Below, piece by piece: positions 10,301-21,324 of a stretch of DNA of 64,000 bases (positions within the stretch are counted from its first letter, which is position 1; each line of letters opens with the position of its first letter). Both the position numbers and the translations under genes were made by a program. The notes under the pieces are model-generated. The model worked only from the letters and a program-made list of their open reading frames with translations, was not told the origin of the DNA and did no database searches. Source of the stretch: Fibrobacterota bacterium (GTDB lineage Bacteria; Fibrobacterota; Fibrobacteria; UBA11236; JADFYW01); NCBI GenBank assembly GCA_042567505.1, contig JBHPJW010000008.1, forward strand, positions 1,515-65,514. Reading direction: 5' to 3'.

Positions 10301-10781
10301 GACCGCCATAGTCGTCAAGATTATTTTCAATTCCTCTGTCTTCCAATTTTTTCAAGTATTTCAAGCCAAGAACCATGTCGCTCTGGTTAAGGGTAAACAG
10401 GGATTTCAGTACCTTGAGTTGGGGCCCTTCTTTTCCGGCGTCCTCCAGGGCCCTTAAATACCTGGACAGGACCAGATAATCATCCGGTTTTATCTTCAGC
10501 GCTTTTTCATAGGTCTCAATGGTTTTATTCCAGTTTTCCAGGAAGGAGTATGCTTCCGCCAGGCCCAGCAGGGCCTCGATGCTTCCTGGTTTTGACCTCA
10601 GGGCGGTTTGAAACGCTTCTATGGCCTGTTCAAGTTCATCCTGTTCCAGAAACTCACTGCCCCTGTCATACCAGGTCTTATAATCACCGGACACAGCCTG
10701 GGGCCCGGAAAAGACCGGCCACGACAGGCAACTGAGGCATATCAACGCGATCAGAGAGAATTTTTGCTGGTTTGTCATCAT
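7374..10781 (-). CDS. Secreted TPR-repeat protein with central 11-residue tandem-repeat (coiled-coil-like) segment
   Basis: 1,135-aa ORF with a signal peptide (LIALICLSCLSWPVFSG). TPR-like 34-aa periodicity occurs at the N-terminus and through the C-terminal ~750 aa. Residues ~193-357 are EKARKDSIARV-type repeats. Confidence 0.8.
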   Translation of the reverse strand: MMTNQQKFSLIALICLSCLSWPVFSGPQAVSGDYKTWYDRGSEFLEQDELEQAIEAFQTALRSKPGSIEALLGLAEAYSFLENWNKTIETYEKALKIKPDDYLVLSRYLRALEDAGKEGPQLKVLKSLFTLNQSDMVLGLKYLKKLEDRGIENNLDDYGGLVEKLGADPNAPPAIKEKLTWVRNLKQSIVKIQKAIQDSVARVEKIRKDSLARLEKAIQDSIAKVDKARKDSLARAEKARRDSIAEVEKFARLEQARKDSAARVEKARKDSIARVEKARRDSIARVKKAREDSIARVEKARRDSIARAEKTRKDSIARVEKARKDSIARAEKARKDSIAKAEKAMLEQARRDSIARVEAEKKRKAAAEKAFWKKISSVIKGKKIKLDTSAFLKEINKRVSKEPEQQQLLEAGGILYFKRGKYDKSVNFLKQLKQMNFNSNRRLALGHYQLKQYQQSLLYFKKLDRKRIRVSDWKRQCQALVKLDKRNKAMEEYEALLKRHPGSEDVLIVLIKHYRDPLQKKELAAKLEQFIKKRPEDHAALLELAGLFDDDHPKARKYRWKYLHLKPNDHKAARELAMLYEKNGEQKKALDLYLKYHEQFSGDFKYNVKLGRLLHNSKKLNKALLFYERARELKPTDSTLTVTLTDAYRAQGKPGKAAVVWKEYGRLSLKQGKKARARAALQNALDLGYKGIKLKFHLAGLYLEVNQTTRAEALLKNVIAEKEDFHEAHFLLAKTCMKNNQSGIAIDHMLQALKYAPENVNYSEFLGGIFYSSDELKETVKALGPVKAKLSSKYREIYADCLSRLGQKETAIKQYARNYKAQASSPTAVSQLADLYIRKNRPDSAIGIISKSEYKKSPKVKIILAKAHLFQGDLDKAKEILKTVPQQERDNAEFFFVSGLRQYKLGDFSDAEDEFNRGLVFDVQNPEIKYMIGICRTELGKLEKAKDIFHELRKFQDTLWQSRGYLGLALVFEKEKKNEAVEHHLLKSLEMKWYPEVILRLVRYYLKIGKTNKAQKWARKMKENSRVGPWAQAARTEVLLKLGKTDQAVELIQTALKKHPFSCDLLLVSAKSGLARKDHNHAKIASEGAISRCPERPMGYLLLGTALVKAGDKKGAAKQFKKFKKFGGDASLIPK
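9711..10205 (-). repeat. About 14 in-frame tandem copies of a 33-bp unit (11-aa EKARKDSIARV repeat)
   Basis: 33-nt periodicity is directly visible, for example GCGATACTATCCTTGCGTGCTTTCTCAACGCGG / GCAATGCTGTCCTTACGGGTCTTTTCCGCACGG / GCGATACTGTCTCTGCGCGCTTTTTCAACCCTG. The units differ mostly at synonymous positions. Two units carry 5-6-aa insertions. Confidence 0.9.
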
Positions 10782-11129
10782 AATTGCAGGGCAATCCCGT
10801 GCCCCCTAAAATTAGGGTGAAGGGGGATTTTTAGCAAGGTAAAGTTGGGTAATTATGGCCCTAGTGTTACGTCCAGTCAATTTTTTCATGTTCTTCCTGA
10901 TTCCGGACAAGCCGGAATGACTTTTCCAGGGCATATAACATGAAAAAACTTATTGGATAGTTCACTAGTATATGAATATTCTCCCGGAAAGCGGCTTTAA
11001 ATTATATTTGATGGATATGCCTTAGATGTTGTTATTTCCCGCAACATAAGAGGGAACAAGGGGATATGCGGAAGTGCCTTCATGTAGGCGTGAAAGCGGT
11101 ATGATGCAACCAGTAAAAAAGGAGCGGAA

Positions 11130-12149
11130 GTGAGAAATCAATTACATCATCATATATATGCCCCACTGTTTCTCCTGATGACCATGGCATTCTCCATGCT
11201 TGCGGCGCAGGCCGGAATACTCTGGAAATTGGATTGGGAAGATGGCCGGAAAGAGGCCGCCATCGGTTATACGCGTTTGGAGGAAGAGGAAGGGGGCGAG
11301 ATCACCGTTGTCGATAATCCGGTAAAGGATGCCAACAACGGTTCGGAAAAAGCAGCCGCATGTAATGTGGGCGGAAAGCGTGCCGAAATCAGCAGCCAGA
11401 GGGTGCCCACGGAGGGAAAGACCTATGTTTATAAATGGTCCTACCTCGTCCCCGAGAACTACAGCGCTTCCGGCCTGGTATGTCAGTGGAAAACCTGGCC
11501 TTGCGGCGACCATGATGGTTATGCTGATGAGGTCTGCTACACATGCGGCATTTTTAACCACGTGCGCATTCAAAACAACGGCGACGAATTTCATTTCCAA
11601 TGGAGGGCCGAACCGGACTGCGATGAGATTTCTCTTCCTACCAATCGCGGATCCTGGGTCACGTTTCAGCAGGAGATAAAGTGGACTAACGGCAATGACG
11701 GTTATTACAAGCTGTGGATGAACGGAGAAGTGGTTAAGGAAGACAGTAACCTGAAGACCCTTATGGATCGATTCGAGCCGGGCACTTGCGATCTTTACTT
11801 TGCAGTGGGTCTTTATTCCACTGTCAGCGCTCTTCCGGTCTACATCGACAACGTTGAAATCTGGGACACCTCCGGAGTACAGGGTATCATCGGAGAAGAT
11901 TCCCCCACTTCCATCATAAGGCAGGGCAGACAGTCAGTATATTCGCCGACCGTCCCTTTTGAACCCCTCAACACGCCCTGCAGGTGCAGTTGGTGCGTGG
12001 ATGAGCCCGCAACGATACTTGATGTCAAGGGCGTCACGCAGGGAACGCTGGTTCCCGGCCTAGAGGGCGGAAAGAGTGCTCAGGGCCGGCTGCCCAACAA
12101 AAGGTATATCCTGAGGCAAAGAGCGCCGGACAGTCTGAAAGCAAAATGA
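11130..12149 (+). CDS. Secreted concanavalin-like jelly-roll protein, possibly polysaccharide-lyase-like
   Basis: 339-aa ORF with a GTG start after AGGAG and a signal peptide (LFLLMTMAFSMLAAQA). The sequence grammar (GGKRAEIS..., YVYKWSYLVP, WVTFQQEIKWTNGNDGYYKLWMNGEVV, YFAVGLYS) resembles Pfam Polysacc_lyase-type proteins. The function is tentative. Confidence 0.45.
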   Translation: MRNQLHHHIYAPLFLLMTMAFSMLAAQAGILWKLDWEDGRKEAAIGYTRLEEEEGGEITVVDNPVKDANNGSEKAAACNVGGKRAEISSQRVPTEGKTYVYKWSYLVPENYSASGLVCQWKTWPCGDHDGYADEVCYTCGIFNHVRIQNNGDEFHFQWRAEPDCDEISLPTNRGSWVTFQQEIKWTNGNDGYYKLWMNGEVVKEDSNLKTLMDRFEPGTCDLYFAVGLYSTVSALPVYIDNVEIWDTSGVQGIIGEDSPTSIIRQGRQSVYSPTVPFEPLNTPCRCSWCVDEPATILDVKGVTQGTLVPGLEGGKSAQGRLPNKRYILRQRAPDSLKAK

Positions 12150-12177
12150 AATCATTTATAGCTGCTATTGTTTTTTT

Positions 12178-12248
12178 AACAACGAAACACACAAAATACA
12201 CCAAAATTTTAGTGTTTTTTCGAGTATTTCGTTGTTTATTCTTTTTTT
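12178..12248. terminator. Long imperfect hairpin between convergent genes (possible bidirectional terminator)
   Basis: The outer stem is AACAACGAAA (12178-12187) / TTTCGTTGTT (12227-12236). The inner pairing is AAAA-ACAC...GTGT-TTTT. T-rich runs lie on both sides. Confidence 0.4.
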
Positions 12249-12358
12249 AAACAAATACATGGATTCAAATGAGGTTTTTCCGGGCCGTATTGAAATTATT
12301 ACTCATTTCCCCCCCCTCACAATAGCGGCAAATAATAATATCCGGGTATTAGTCCCGG

Positions 12359-14374
<2,016 letters not shown>

Positions 14375-14727
14375 TTAAACAGGATTTACCGTTTGAACAG
14401 GCTTTGTTTTAACTGAAAGTAATGATATTGGGTGATCATGTAAATCATAAAAAACTAAACAATGTTCCCGGGGCAGTGTCATTTAATATCAAAAACTAAC
14501 CGGATGACAGAATGATCCTCTGAACAGTTATGAAGCTGAAATCATTCAATAACAAGGCTCATTGCTTAATGAGAGGGAGCATAAATTTTTTGGATGAAAT
14601 GGGGATTGCGTAAAAAGATTGACAGGCTTTTTTTGTCCAGCCAATCCTGCACATTCTGTCAAATAAAAGGTTTTCTAAATGTTGAGCAGGAATTCTTGAC
14701 TTCAGAATGGGTGAATTTCCGGAGAAT

Positions 14728-15420
14728 CTACCACTCGTCTTCCTCTTCCTGCTCCAGTCTTTTCTGCTCGGCCAGGAACTCCTCTTTTTTGGCGTTCAGG
14801 GATTCTACCGCCTGCATGTACTCATCGTTTTTTGGTGTTTTGGAAGCGAAATGATCGAGGATGGTCTTGGTATTTTCCACGGACAGGGTCAACTTCATGT
14901 GTTTGGCGACACGGCCCTTATAACCCCATCCTTTCATTACTTCTTCATTAAGTTCAAAACAGTCGCCCAGATCGTAAAAGTTCATATGGTCTGAATAAAA
15001 ACCGTAGCACTCCTGCAGATCGACACAGGTGGGACTTTCCGACTCTTCTCCCTGTTCCATCCACTTATGGACATGCCGTTTGCGGACATCCAGTACTTTA
15101 TCTATGCGCATGTATCCAATTATCAGGTATTTTCCACGATATTCCTCAGTGGGCCCCTGGTAGGATGTGCCGAACAAAAAGTAGCTCCGTCGGTTCTTGT
15201 AGGCGGAGACGCCTAATTTGGAATTTGAGCAGGTAAGAAAATTGTAGGTTCCGGTCTCGTAACTGGGATCTGCCTGGAATCCCTTTTTATACTCATTGAT
15301 GACATCGCGGACCGGCCAGTGGGATTTCGAGCTTGAATTAATATAAACAAGGATCCCGTCGCCTTTTCCACGATAGTCCTGCCATTTGCTTACGTTTATC
15401 TGCCTTCTGGGCATGCTCAT
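14728..15420 (-). CDS. Hypothetical protein with acidic coiled C-terminal tail
   Basis: 230-aa ORF with no signal peptide. The C-terminus reads KKEEFLAEQKRLEQEEEDEW. No family was recognised. Confidence 0.5.
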   Translation of the reverse strand: MSMPRRQINVSKWQDYRGKGDGILVYINSSSKSHWPVRDVINEYKKGFQADPSYETGTYNFLTCSNSKLGVSAYKNRRSYFLFGTSYQGPTEEYRGKYLIIGYMRIDKVLDVRKRHVHKWMEQGEESESPTCVDLQECYGFYSDHMNFYDLGDCFELNEEVMKGWGYKGRVAKHMKLTLSVENTKTILDHFASKTPKNDEYMQAVESLNAKKEEFLAEQKRLEQEEEDEW

Positions 15421-15503
15421 TCGCCTTTTTTTAAACCAAGGTGCTAATATAGATCTTGATTGTTTTTAGTCAAGGACAAAGGATTCCAGGCAGTAAAATG
15501 AGG

Positions 15504-15730
15504 ATTCAGTAGTCAGGGGGCAGAGGTCAGTCACCATAGTATGTCACACCGGGCATCCATCCTCCGTAACAGTAAGAATCCTAGTACTAAAGAAGCTGTT
15601 ACTGCGGAGGACGGACCGACCCGGCGTCTTGCTAAAATAAATTCTGGTTCGAGTGTTCTTTGGCAAGATTCCGGCTTTCGCCGGAATGACAATATTATCT
15701 GATTCCTGACTACTGATTTCTGACCACCGG
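15504..15730. repeat. Composite REP/MITE-like element, copy B (nested hairpins flanked by inverted GTCAGG/CCTGAC arrays)
   Basis: The core (15541-15691) begins ATGTCACACCGGGC and ends CCGGAATGACA. It shares the ~50-nt segment GACCCGGCGTCTTGCTA..TAAATT..GTTCGAGTGTTCTTTGGCAAGA with copy A. It also carries an extra inner hairpin, TCCTCCGTAACAG...CTGTTACTGCGGAGGA. The flanks are TCAGTAGTCAGG (15507-15518) and CCTGACTACTGA (15704-15715). Confidence 0.6.
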
Positions 15731-15752
15731 CCATTCAGGCTCCTAAAATGAA

Positions 15753-16565
15753 CTACAATTCAACTTTTCTGGCTGAGACGGGATGTCCCAGAAAGATTTC
15801 GGCCAGGTAGTTGAAGTTTTCCGGCCTGTCAGTGGTAAGGAATTCTGTTTTTTCAGTCCTGTCCAGCTTCTGTTCCAGTTCCCTGTGCCGGTCCAGGTAA
15901 TCCTTCCAACTCGGTCCCACCAACTTGCCCTGGTTAAGGACGGTGACGGAAGGAGGGAGAAGTTCCTTGATCTGCCGGTATATGATAGGGTAGTGGGTGC
16001 AGCCCAGCAGGAGCACGTCGATGTTATCTGACTGGGAAACAGTCTCTTTCCAGTATTTGCGAATAAAGAAGCTGAGGCCTTCGTTGTCCAGTTCCCCGTT
16101 TTCAATCAAAGGCACCAGCAACGGGCAGGCCTGCTGTATTATGGTGAAATCGGGCGCGATATGCTTGAATTCAATCCCGTAGCTGTCCGATTGCACTGTA
16201 CCGGCCGTGGCCCAGACCGCAACCGTTTTGGTACTGCTGTGGCGTGGGACCCGTTCCACCGAGGGGCGGATGACGCCCAGCACCCTTCGGTCGGGGTGAT
16301 TGCCGGGCAGATATCTCTGCTGGATGGTGCGCAGGGCCTTTGCGGAAGAAGTGTTGCAGGCTATGATGATTATCTGGCAGTCCTGTTGAAAAAGAAAATC
16401 TACGGCCTGCTCGGAAAATTTCAGGATAGTTTCGAAAGAACGATTGCCGTACGGAGTCCTGGCATTGTCCCCCAGGTACAGGTAGTGGTATTGGGGCGCA
16501 TGCTGCCGCAGGTCCTGCAGTATGGTAAGGCCACCCATGCCTGAATCAAATACGCCAACTTTCAT
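15753..16565 (-). CDS. murI: Glutamate racemase
   Basis: 270-aa ORF with the motifs VFDSGMGGLT, ACNTSSA and GCTHYP. Confidence 0.95.
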   Translation of the reverse strand: MKVGVFDSGMGGLTILQDLRQHAPQYHYLYLGDNARTPYGNRSFETILKFSEQAVDFLFQQDCQIIIIACNTSSAKALRTIQQRYLPGNHPDRRVLGVIRPSVERVPRHSSTKTVAVWATAGTVQSDSYGIEFKHIAPDFTIIQQACPLLVPLIENGELDNEGLSFFIRKYWKETVSQSDNIDVLLLGCTHYPIIYRQIKELLPPSVTVLNQGKLVGPSWKDYLDRHRELEQKLDRTEKTEFLTTDRPENFNYLAEIFLGHPVSARKVEL

Positions 16566-16586
16566 TGATCTCCTTAGGCCTATGAG

Positions 16587-16670
16587 GAGTAAGTAGTCAG
16601 GGATCAGGGATCAGTTTGGTTAGTATATAATCTGACTCCTGATTCCTGACACCTGACTACTGACCTCTGC
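16587..16670. repeat. Long imperfect hairpin built from GTCAGG/CCTGAC-type short repeats
   Basis: The left arm is AGTAGTCAGGGATCAGGGATCAG and the right arm is CTGACTCCTGATTCCTGACACCTGACTACTGACC, with an AT-rich loop. It fills most of the rpsA-murI spacer and is related to the flanks of the element at 15504-15730. Confidence 0.6.
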
Positions 16671-16675
16671 GAACC

Positions 16676-18406
16676 CTATGAATTATGCTGTTCGAGGTCG
16701 ACCTCATCACCTATGCTGGTTTTTGGGACGGGATGGGTTTCCAGGTATTCTTTCCATTCAGCGTCTTCCTTGTTTTTAAAATAATCTACAACGCTCAGGG
16801 TGAGTTTGCGGTTGCTGATATCAATATCCGTTACCACAGCCGGTAATTCATCATCAACTTTACATATATCACCTGCCTTTTTGATTTTCTCAGAGGTGAG
16901 CTTGTTGTTCGGGATAAAACCCTCCATGTCATTATCCAACTGGACCACAGCGCCTCTGTCCAGCAGACGGATTACTTTGCCTTTGATTTCAGTACCCTTG
17001 GGAAGGGTTTGCATGATGGTTTCCCATGGATCATCATGAAGGTGTTTCATGGAAAGGGATATGCGCCGTTTCTCTTTGTCTACCGCTAATATTACCAAAT
17101 CGACTTTATCACCTTTCTTCAGGATTTCGGATGGATGATTTATCTTTTTAGTCCAGGACATGTCTGATACATGAATCAGGCCGTCCACCCCTTCCTTTAT
17201 CTCGATAAAAGCTCCGAAAGCGGCCAGGTTGCGTATGGTTCCCGTAACCTTTGAGCCGACGGGAAGTTCTTCTTCAATTCCTTCCCACGGATCTGGAGTG
17301 GTCTGTTTCAGTCCCAGGGAAATTTTCTGATTGGTTTCATCCAGTTTGAGGACCTGGGTTTGAACTACGTCTCCGACCTTGAGAATCTGGGAGGGATGCT
17401 TGATATTCTGGGTCCAGGACATCTCAGAAATATGGATCAATCCCTCGATGCCCTCATCAATTTGCATGAACGCGCCGTAATCTGTGATGGAGACGATTTT
17501 TCCTTTAACCGTGCTTCCCTCGGGAAACTTGGAAGAGACGTTTTTCCAGGGATGATCGTTCAGTTGTTTTCTTCCCAAAGATATTCTTTCCTTCTTTTCA
17601 TTGAAATCGAGTATAACCACCTGGATTTTTTCTCCCAGTTTGACTACTTCGGAAGGGTGATTGACCCTTCCCCAGGACATGTCTGTGATGTGCAGGAGGC
17701 CATCAACACCGCCCAAATCAACAAATGCCCCAAAGTCAGTGATATTCTTAACGGTTCCCTCCCTGGTCTGGCCTATTTCCAGGGTTTCAATGATTTCATT
17801 ACGCATCTGAGAGCGTTCGGTCTCCAGGATAATGCGCCTGGAAACTACAATATTTCTCCTTATTTTGTTGACCTTGATTACTTTGACTTCTATGGTCTGG
17901 CCCACCAGGGAGTCCAGGTCGGGTACAGCCCGTAAATCGATTTGGGAGCCAGGCAGGAAGGTTTCGATCCCCACCACGTCTACGATTACTCCTCCTTTTA
18001 TTTTCCTGACTACTTTGCCCTTTATCTTTTTTCCGCTTTCATATGCTTCATTGATTTCATCCCAGACTTTGAGGAAGTCGGCCCGGGCCTTTGATAAAAT
18101 GATCTGACCGTCTTTGTCTTCAATCTGCTCCAGGCAGACTTCCACCTGGGTGCCCGGCGTTAAATCATCGGTATCCTTGAATTCCGAGCGGGGAATGATA
18201 CCTTCGGATTTGAAACGAACGTCCACATACACGTCATTATCCGTAACCCGTACTATTTCCCCTTTGACTATTTTGCCTTCTTCCAGTCCGACCAGGGTAC
18301 CCTCATATTCCGGGAATGTTTCGGTGATTTCTTTTTCTGAGCGGAAAGCGGTTACCGATTCGATTTCCTGTAATTCCTCCTCTGTTCCATATAAGAGTTT
18401 TGTCAT
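16676..18406 (-). CDS. rpsA: 30S ribosomal protein S1
   Basis: 576-aa ORF with six recognisable S1 (OB-fold) repeats (G..V.G.V..I..FGAFV.....GL.H.S.. pattern). Confidence 0.95.
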   Translation of the reverse strand: MTKLLYGTEEELQEIESVTAFRSEKEITETFPEYEGTLVGLEEGKIVKGEIVRVTDNDVYVDVRFKSEGIIPRSEFKDTDDLTPGTQVEVCLEQIEDKDGQIILSKARADFLKVWDEINEAYESGKKIKGKVVRKIKGGVIVDVVGIETFLPGSQIDLRAVPDLDSLVGQTIEVKVIKVNKIRRNIVVSRRIILETERSQMRNEIIETLEIGQTREGTVKNITDFGAFVDLGGVDGLLHITDMSWGRVNHPSEVVKLGEKIQVVILDFNEKKERISLGRKQLNDHPWKNVSSKFPEGSTVKGKIVSITDYGAFMQIDEGIEGLIHISEMSWTQNIKHPSQILKVGDVVQTQVLKLDETNQKISLGLKQTTPDPWEGIEEELPVGSKVTGTIRNLAAFGAFIEIKEGVDGLIHVSDMSWTKKINHPSEILKKGDKVDLVILAVDKEKRRISLSMKHLHDDPWETIMQTLPKGTEIKGKVIRLLDRGAVVQLDNDMEGFIPNNKLTSEKIKKAGDICKVDDELPAVVTDIDISNRKLTLSVVDYFKNKEDAEWKEYLETHPVPKTSIGDEVDLEQHNS

Positions 18407-18584
18407 TTATGTTCCTTCTGTTTTATTCTCAACAATATGCAGCTCTCTTCAAGAATCAGTTATATTAATGAACCGCTTTCTGTTTTCCTTCCCGGAGAAA
18501 AAACCTCCATGGCGAAAGATGAGGCTTTATGAGCGTTGAGTTTTTTTCGTTAAGGTTAATGGTTTCTGTTAATCAGGTTTAAAG

Positions 18585-19256
18585 TTAGTTTGTTTTCATG
18601 CAAATCCGGGAAACCATGTCGGTTATTTTTCGGACCTGTTGCTCAAAATTCAAATGAGAAGTATCAATAAAAATAGAATCCTCCGCCTTTGTCAATGGAC
18701 TGTGCCGGCGGCTGGAGTCTTTCCTGTCTCTTTCGTTCAGGTTGGCCAGGACTTCCTTGTAATCAGCTAGAATTCCATTTTCCTGCAATTCCCGGATCCT
18801 GCGTTCGGTCCTTACCTCAGGAGAAGCCCAGAGGAAAAACTTAAATTTGGCGTCAGGAAAAACCACAGTACCTATATCCCTTCCTTCCAGAATGGAACTG
18901 CGAGAGTTACCTATTTCCCTCTGTATGTCAACGACGATTTCCCTGACTCCCGGTATAGCGCTGTAATCTGAAACCTCTTCGTTTACCCGGGGCAGCCTTA
19001 TTAGCCCGGAAACATCTTCTCCGTTAACCAGAAATTGTCCATTGGCAGAAACGTCAAATTGTAGATTTCTGGTAAATTCCGTCGCTTTATGCAAATTTGT
19101 GGGAGGGATGTTGTTTTTTTGGCAAAGGTGGGTTACCGTGCGATACATGGCTCCGGTATCTAAATAGAGGATATCGAGAACTTCAGCAGCTCTTCGGGCG
19201 GTGCTGCTTTTTCCTGATCCGCTGACTCCATCCAGGGCTATAACATATTGGTCCAT
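18585..19256 (-). CDS. cmk: Cytidylate kinase
   Basis: 223-aa ORF with the P-loop DGVSGSGKSS and LDTGAMYR. The conserved cmk-rpsA adjacency is present. Confidence 0.93.
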   Translation of the reverse strand: MDQYVIALDGVSGSGKSSTARRAAEVLDILYLDTGAMYRTVTHLCQKNNIPPTNLHKATEFTRNLQFDVSANGQFLVNGEDVSGLIRLPRVNEEVSDYSAIPGVREIVVDIQREIGNSRSSILEGRDIGTVVFPDAKFKFFLWASPEVRTERRIRELQENGILADYKEVLANLNERDRKDSSRRHSPLTKAEDSIFIDTSHLNFEQQVRKITDMVSRICMKTN

Positions 19257-19422
19257 ATCATCAAATTAAAGCATTTTTCAGGGGCAATCTACCAATTGTA
19301 GGTGGAATGTTCAATTCTAATGAAACCTCACAACTCAATCTTCAGCCCAACTAAACCTATTGCCCACATTTTGCGATAAACCTAATTTTTTTTACCTCAA
19401 TCACTTCAACCGGTATTCTGCC

Positions 19423-21204
19423 ATGAAAAATCATATCACCGCCTCAATTATTCTGGTTTTCGCCATCATCTCCGGATCATTCAGTCAGGAATCAGGCACA
19501 ATCCAGTCCTCCCATGATTCTGCCATGATATCAGATTCCCTGCTGAAATCAAGCCAATCCGCTATGGGGGAGGTGTTTGATACCGCTCATGTGGAATCCG
19601 TTCCGGAGGCTCCAGTTGAGGAAAATGCCGATAATTCTGCGCGGGAACCTGAAAAAGAACCTTCCATATTGGCGAAATTCAACGGAGTCGCCCTGGAAAT
19701 ACTGTTTTTTGACATGGCTTTTGGGTTGATTAAGGTTGAAAAAGTAGATGAGGAAGGCCTTTCCGTTATGGGGGCGGACGGATCGAATATAGTTCAAACC
19801 ATTACGTTTCCCCTCATGGTTGCTGTGCTTTTATTCGGGGGACTGTTCTTTACTTTCTGGTTTCGTTTTATCAATATCCGGGGATTCAAACATTCAGTGG
19901 CCGTTATAATGGGAAAATATGACAAACCCGATCACAAGGGTGAAATCACCCATTTCCGGGCCCTGACCAGCGCCCTTTCCGCCACGGTTGGATTGGGCAA
20001 TATTGCCGGGGTTGCCATTGCCATTCAGATGGGCGGTCCGGGAGCGGTTTTCTGGATGGTTTTAACCGCGGTGTTTGGCATGAGTGCCAAATTTTCCAGT
20101 TGCACGCTTTCCCAGCTGTATCGCAAATTTAACGCTGATGGAACGGTATCGGGCGGTCCCATGTATTACCTGGACCTGGGGCTGAGGGAAAAGGGAAAGG
20201 GTTGGGGGATCCTCGGTAAAGTTCTGGGTTTGATGTTTGCCTTTTTCGTAATTGGAGGGGCAATTGGCGGTGGCAACATGTTCCAGATAAATCAGACTGT
20301 TGAGGCTTTTGTTTCGACGTTTAAGCTGCCTCATGGGGCGGTCATGAATCTGGGGTTCGCTGAAGTAAGCGCCACATCATTTGGAATAGGGGTCACTGTT
20401 GCCACCCTGGTGGGTGTGGTGATTCTGGGAGGCATAAAAAGGATTGGCGCGGCCACTTCCAGGGTTGTTCCTATTATGGTAGGCATATACGTCATTGCTT
20501 CAGTTTTTATCATATTGACAAATTTCAAAGAAATTCCCAATGCTCTCTATTTGATAGTAAGGATGGCGTTTACCGATAACGCCTTCTATGGCGGAGTGGC
20601 GGGAGTGCTGGTTTGGGGAATAAAAAGAGCCTCATTTTCAAACGAAGCAGGGCTGGGAAGCGCAGCCATTGCCCATGCCGCAGCCAAGACGGACGAACCT
20701 GTCCGGGAAGGAATTGTGGCCATGATCGGACCGTTCATTGATACCATAATCGTATGCTCCATGACGGCGTTTGTGGTCATTATCAGCGGCGCATGGAAGG
20801 ATCCGGCCATTCCTCAGCAAGCCGGGGTCGCTCTGACGACCTACGCCTATGGAACGGTAATTACCTGGTTCCCCTATGTGCTTACCGGATGTATCGGTCT
20901 TTTTGCCTATTCAACCATGATTTCCTGGTGTTACTATGGAGAGCGTGCCTGGATATATCTTCTGGACCATATTCAGGAAGGAGTCGGGCTTAAGACAATT
21001 TTACTATACCGTCTTGTTTTTATCTTCTTCATTGTGTTCGGGGCAGTAAATACCCTGGAGGACGTGTTGCTGTTCACCGATCTGCTGATATTGAGTATGG
21101 CTTTCCCCAACATTATCGGAAGTGTTATCCTGGCCCCCAAGGTCCTGGAAATGACAAGGGACTACTGGTCAAGATACAAGTCCGGGCAGATGGCGACATT
21201 TTAA
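19423..21204 (+). CDS. Alanine/glycine:cation symporter (AGCS) family transporter with N-terminal extension
   Basis: The multi-pass membrane protein carries AGCS-type motifs (FRALTSALSATVGLGNIAGVAIAI, SNEAGLGSAAIAHAAAKT). The start is placed at the ATG of MKNHITAS; the ORF track offers a TTG at 19360. A serine/acidic extension of roughly 100 aa precedes the transporter core. Confidence 0.85.
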   Translation: MKNHITASIILVFAIISGSFSQESGTIQSSHDSAMISDSLLKSSQSAMGEVFDTAHVESVPEAPVEENADNSAREPEKEPSILAKFNGVALEILFFDMAFGLIKVEKVDEEGLSVMGADGSNIVQTITFPLMVAVLLFGGLFFTFWFRFINIRGFKHSVAVIMGKYDKPDHKGEITHFRALTSALSATVGLGNIAGVAIAIQMGGPGAVFWMVLTAVFGMSAKFSSCTLSQLYRKFNADGTVSGGPMYYLDLGLREKGKGWGILGKVLGLMFAFFVIGGAIGGGNMFQINQTVEAFVSTFKLPHGAVMNLGFAEVSATSFGIGVTVATLVGVVILGGIKRIGAATSRVVPIMVGIYVIASVFIILTNFKEIPNALYLIVRMAFTDNAFYGGVAGVLVWGIKRASFSNEAGLGSAAIAHAAAKTDEPVREGIVAMIGPFIDTIIVCSMTAFVVIISGAWKDPAIPQQAGVALTTYAYGTVITWFPYVLTGCIGLFAYSTMISWCYYGERAWIYLLDHIQEGVGLKTILLYRLVFIFFIVFGAVNTLEDVLLFTDLLILSMAFPNIIGSVILAPKVLEMTRDYWSRYKSGQMATF

Positions 21205-21303
21205 TCGCCGGTCCTGAATTTCTTCAGATATTCCACTTTCGTTTAAGCAAAAGCCCTCATATCAACTGTGCTCAAAGCCATATTTTTTAAAATTAGGTTA
21301 ACT

Positions 21304-21324
21304 TCATAACCTATTGAATGATAA
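21304..21324 (+). promoter_or_regulatory. Conserved 21-nt intergenic motif TCATAACCTATTGAATGATAA (copy 1)
   Basis: It matches 39413-39433 at 20 of 21 positions in the same orientation. It lies about 170 bp upstream of the MltF-like gene start. Confidence 0.3.

Noticed and set aside
9541-10457. Long plus-strand ORFs (9541..10128, 9738..10457, 9734..9925) with Ser/Leu/Ala-rich periodic sequence
   Set aside because: They are antisense shadows of the 33-bp repeat inside the minus-strand TPR gene. The minus-strand frame is continuous for 1,135 aa with a signal peptide and TPRs, whereas the plus-strand ORFs have no independent support.
15531-15734. ORF-track peptides translating repeat elements (15531..15734, 6144..6395, 40243..40431, 29929..30114, 42522..43043)
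   Set aside because: They coincide with palindromic REP/MITE-like DNA or overlap a better-supported gene on the other strand. Their sequences (for example LSFRRKPES, HAGGMPLQ) are typical translation artefacts of such repeats.
19257-19422. Glycine riboswitch looked for upstream of the AGCS (alanine/glycine) symporter
   Set aside because: The leader lacks the conserved glycine-aptamer core features and shows no convincing paired-aptamer structure by eye.
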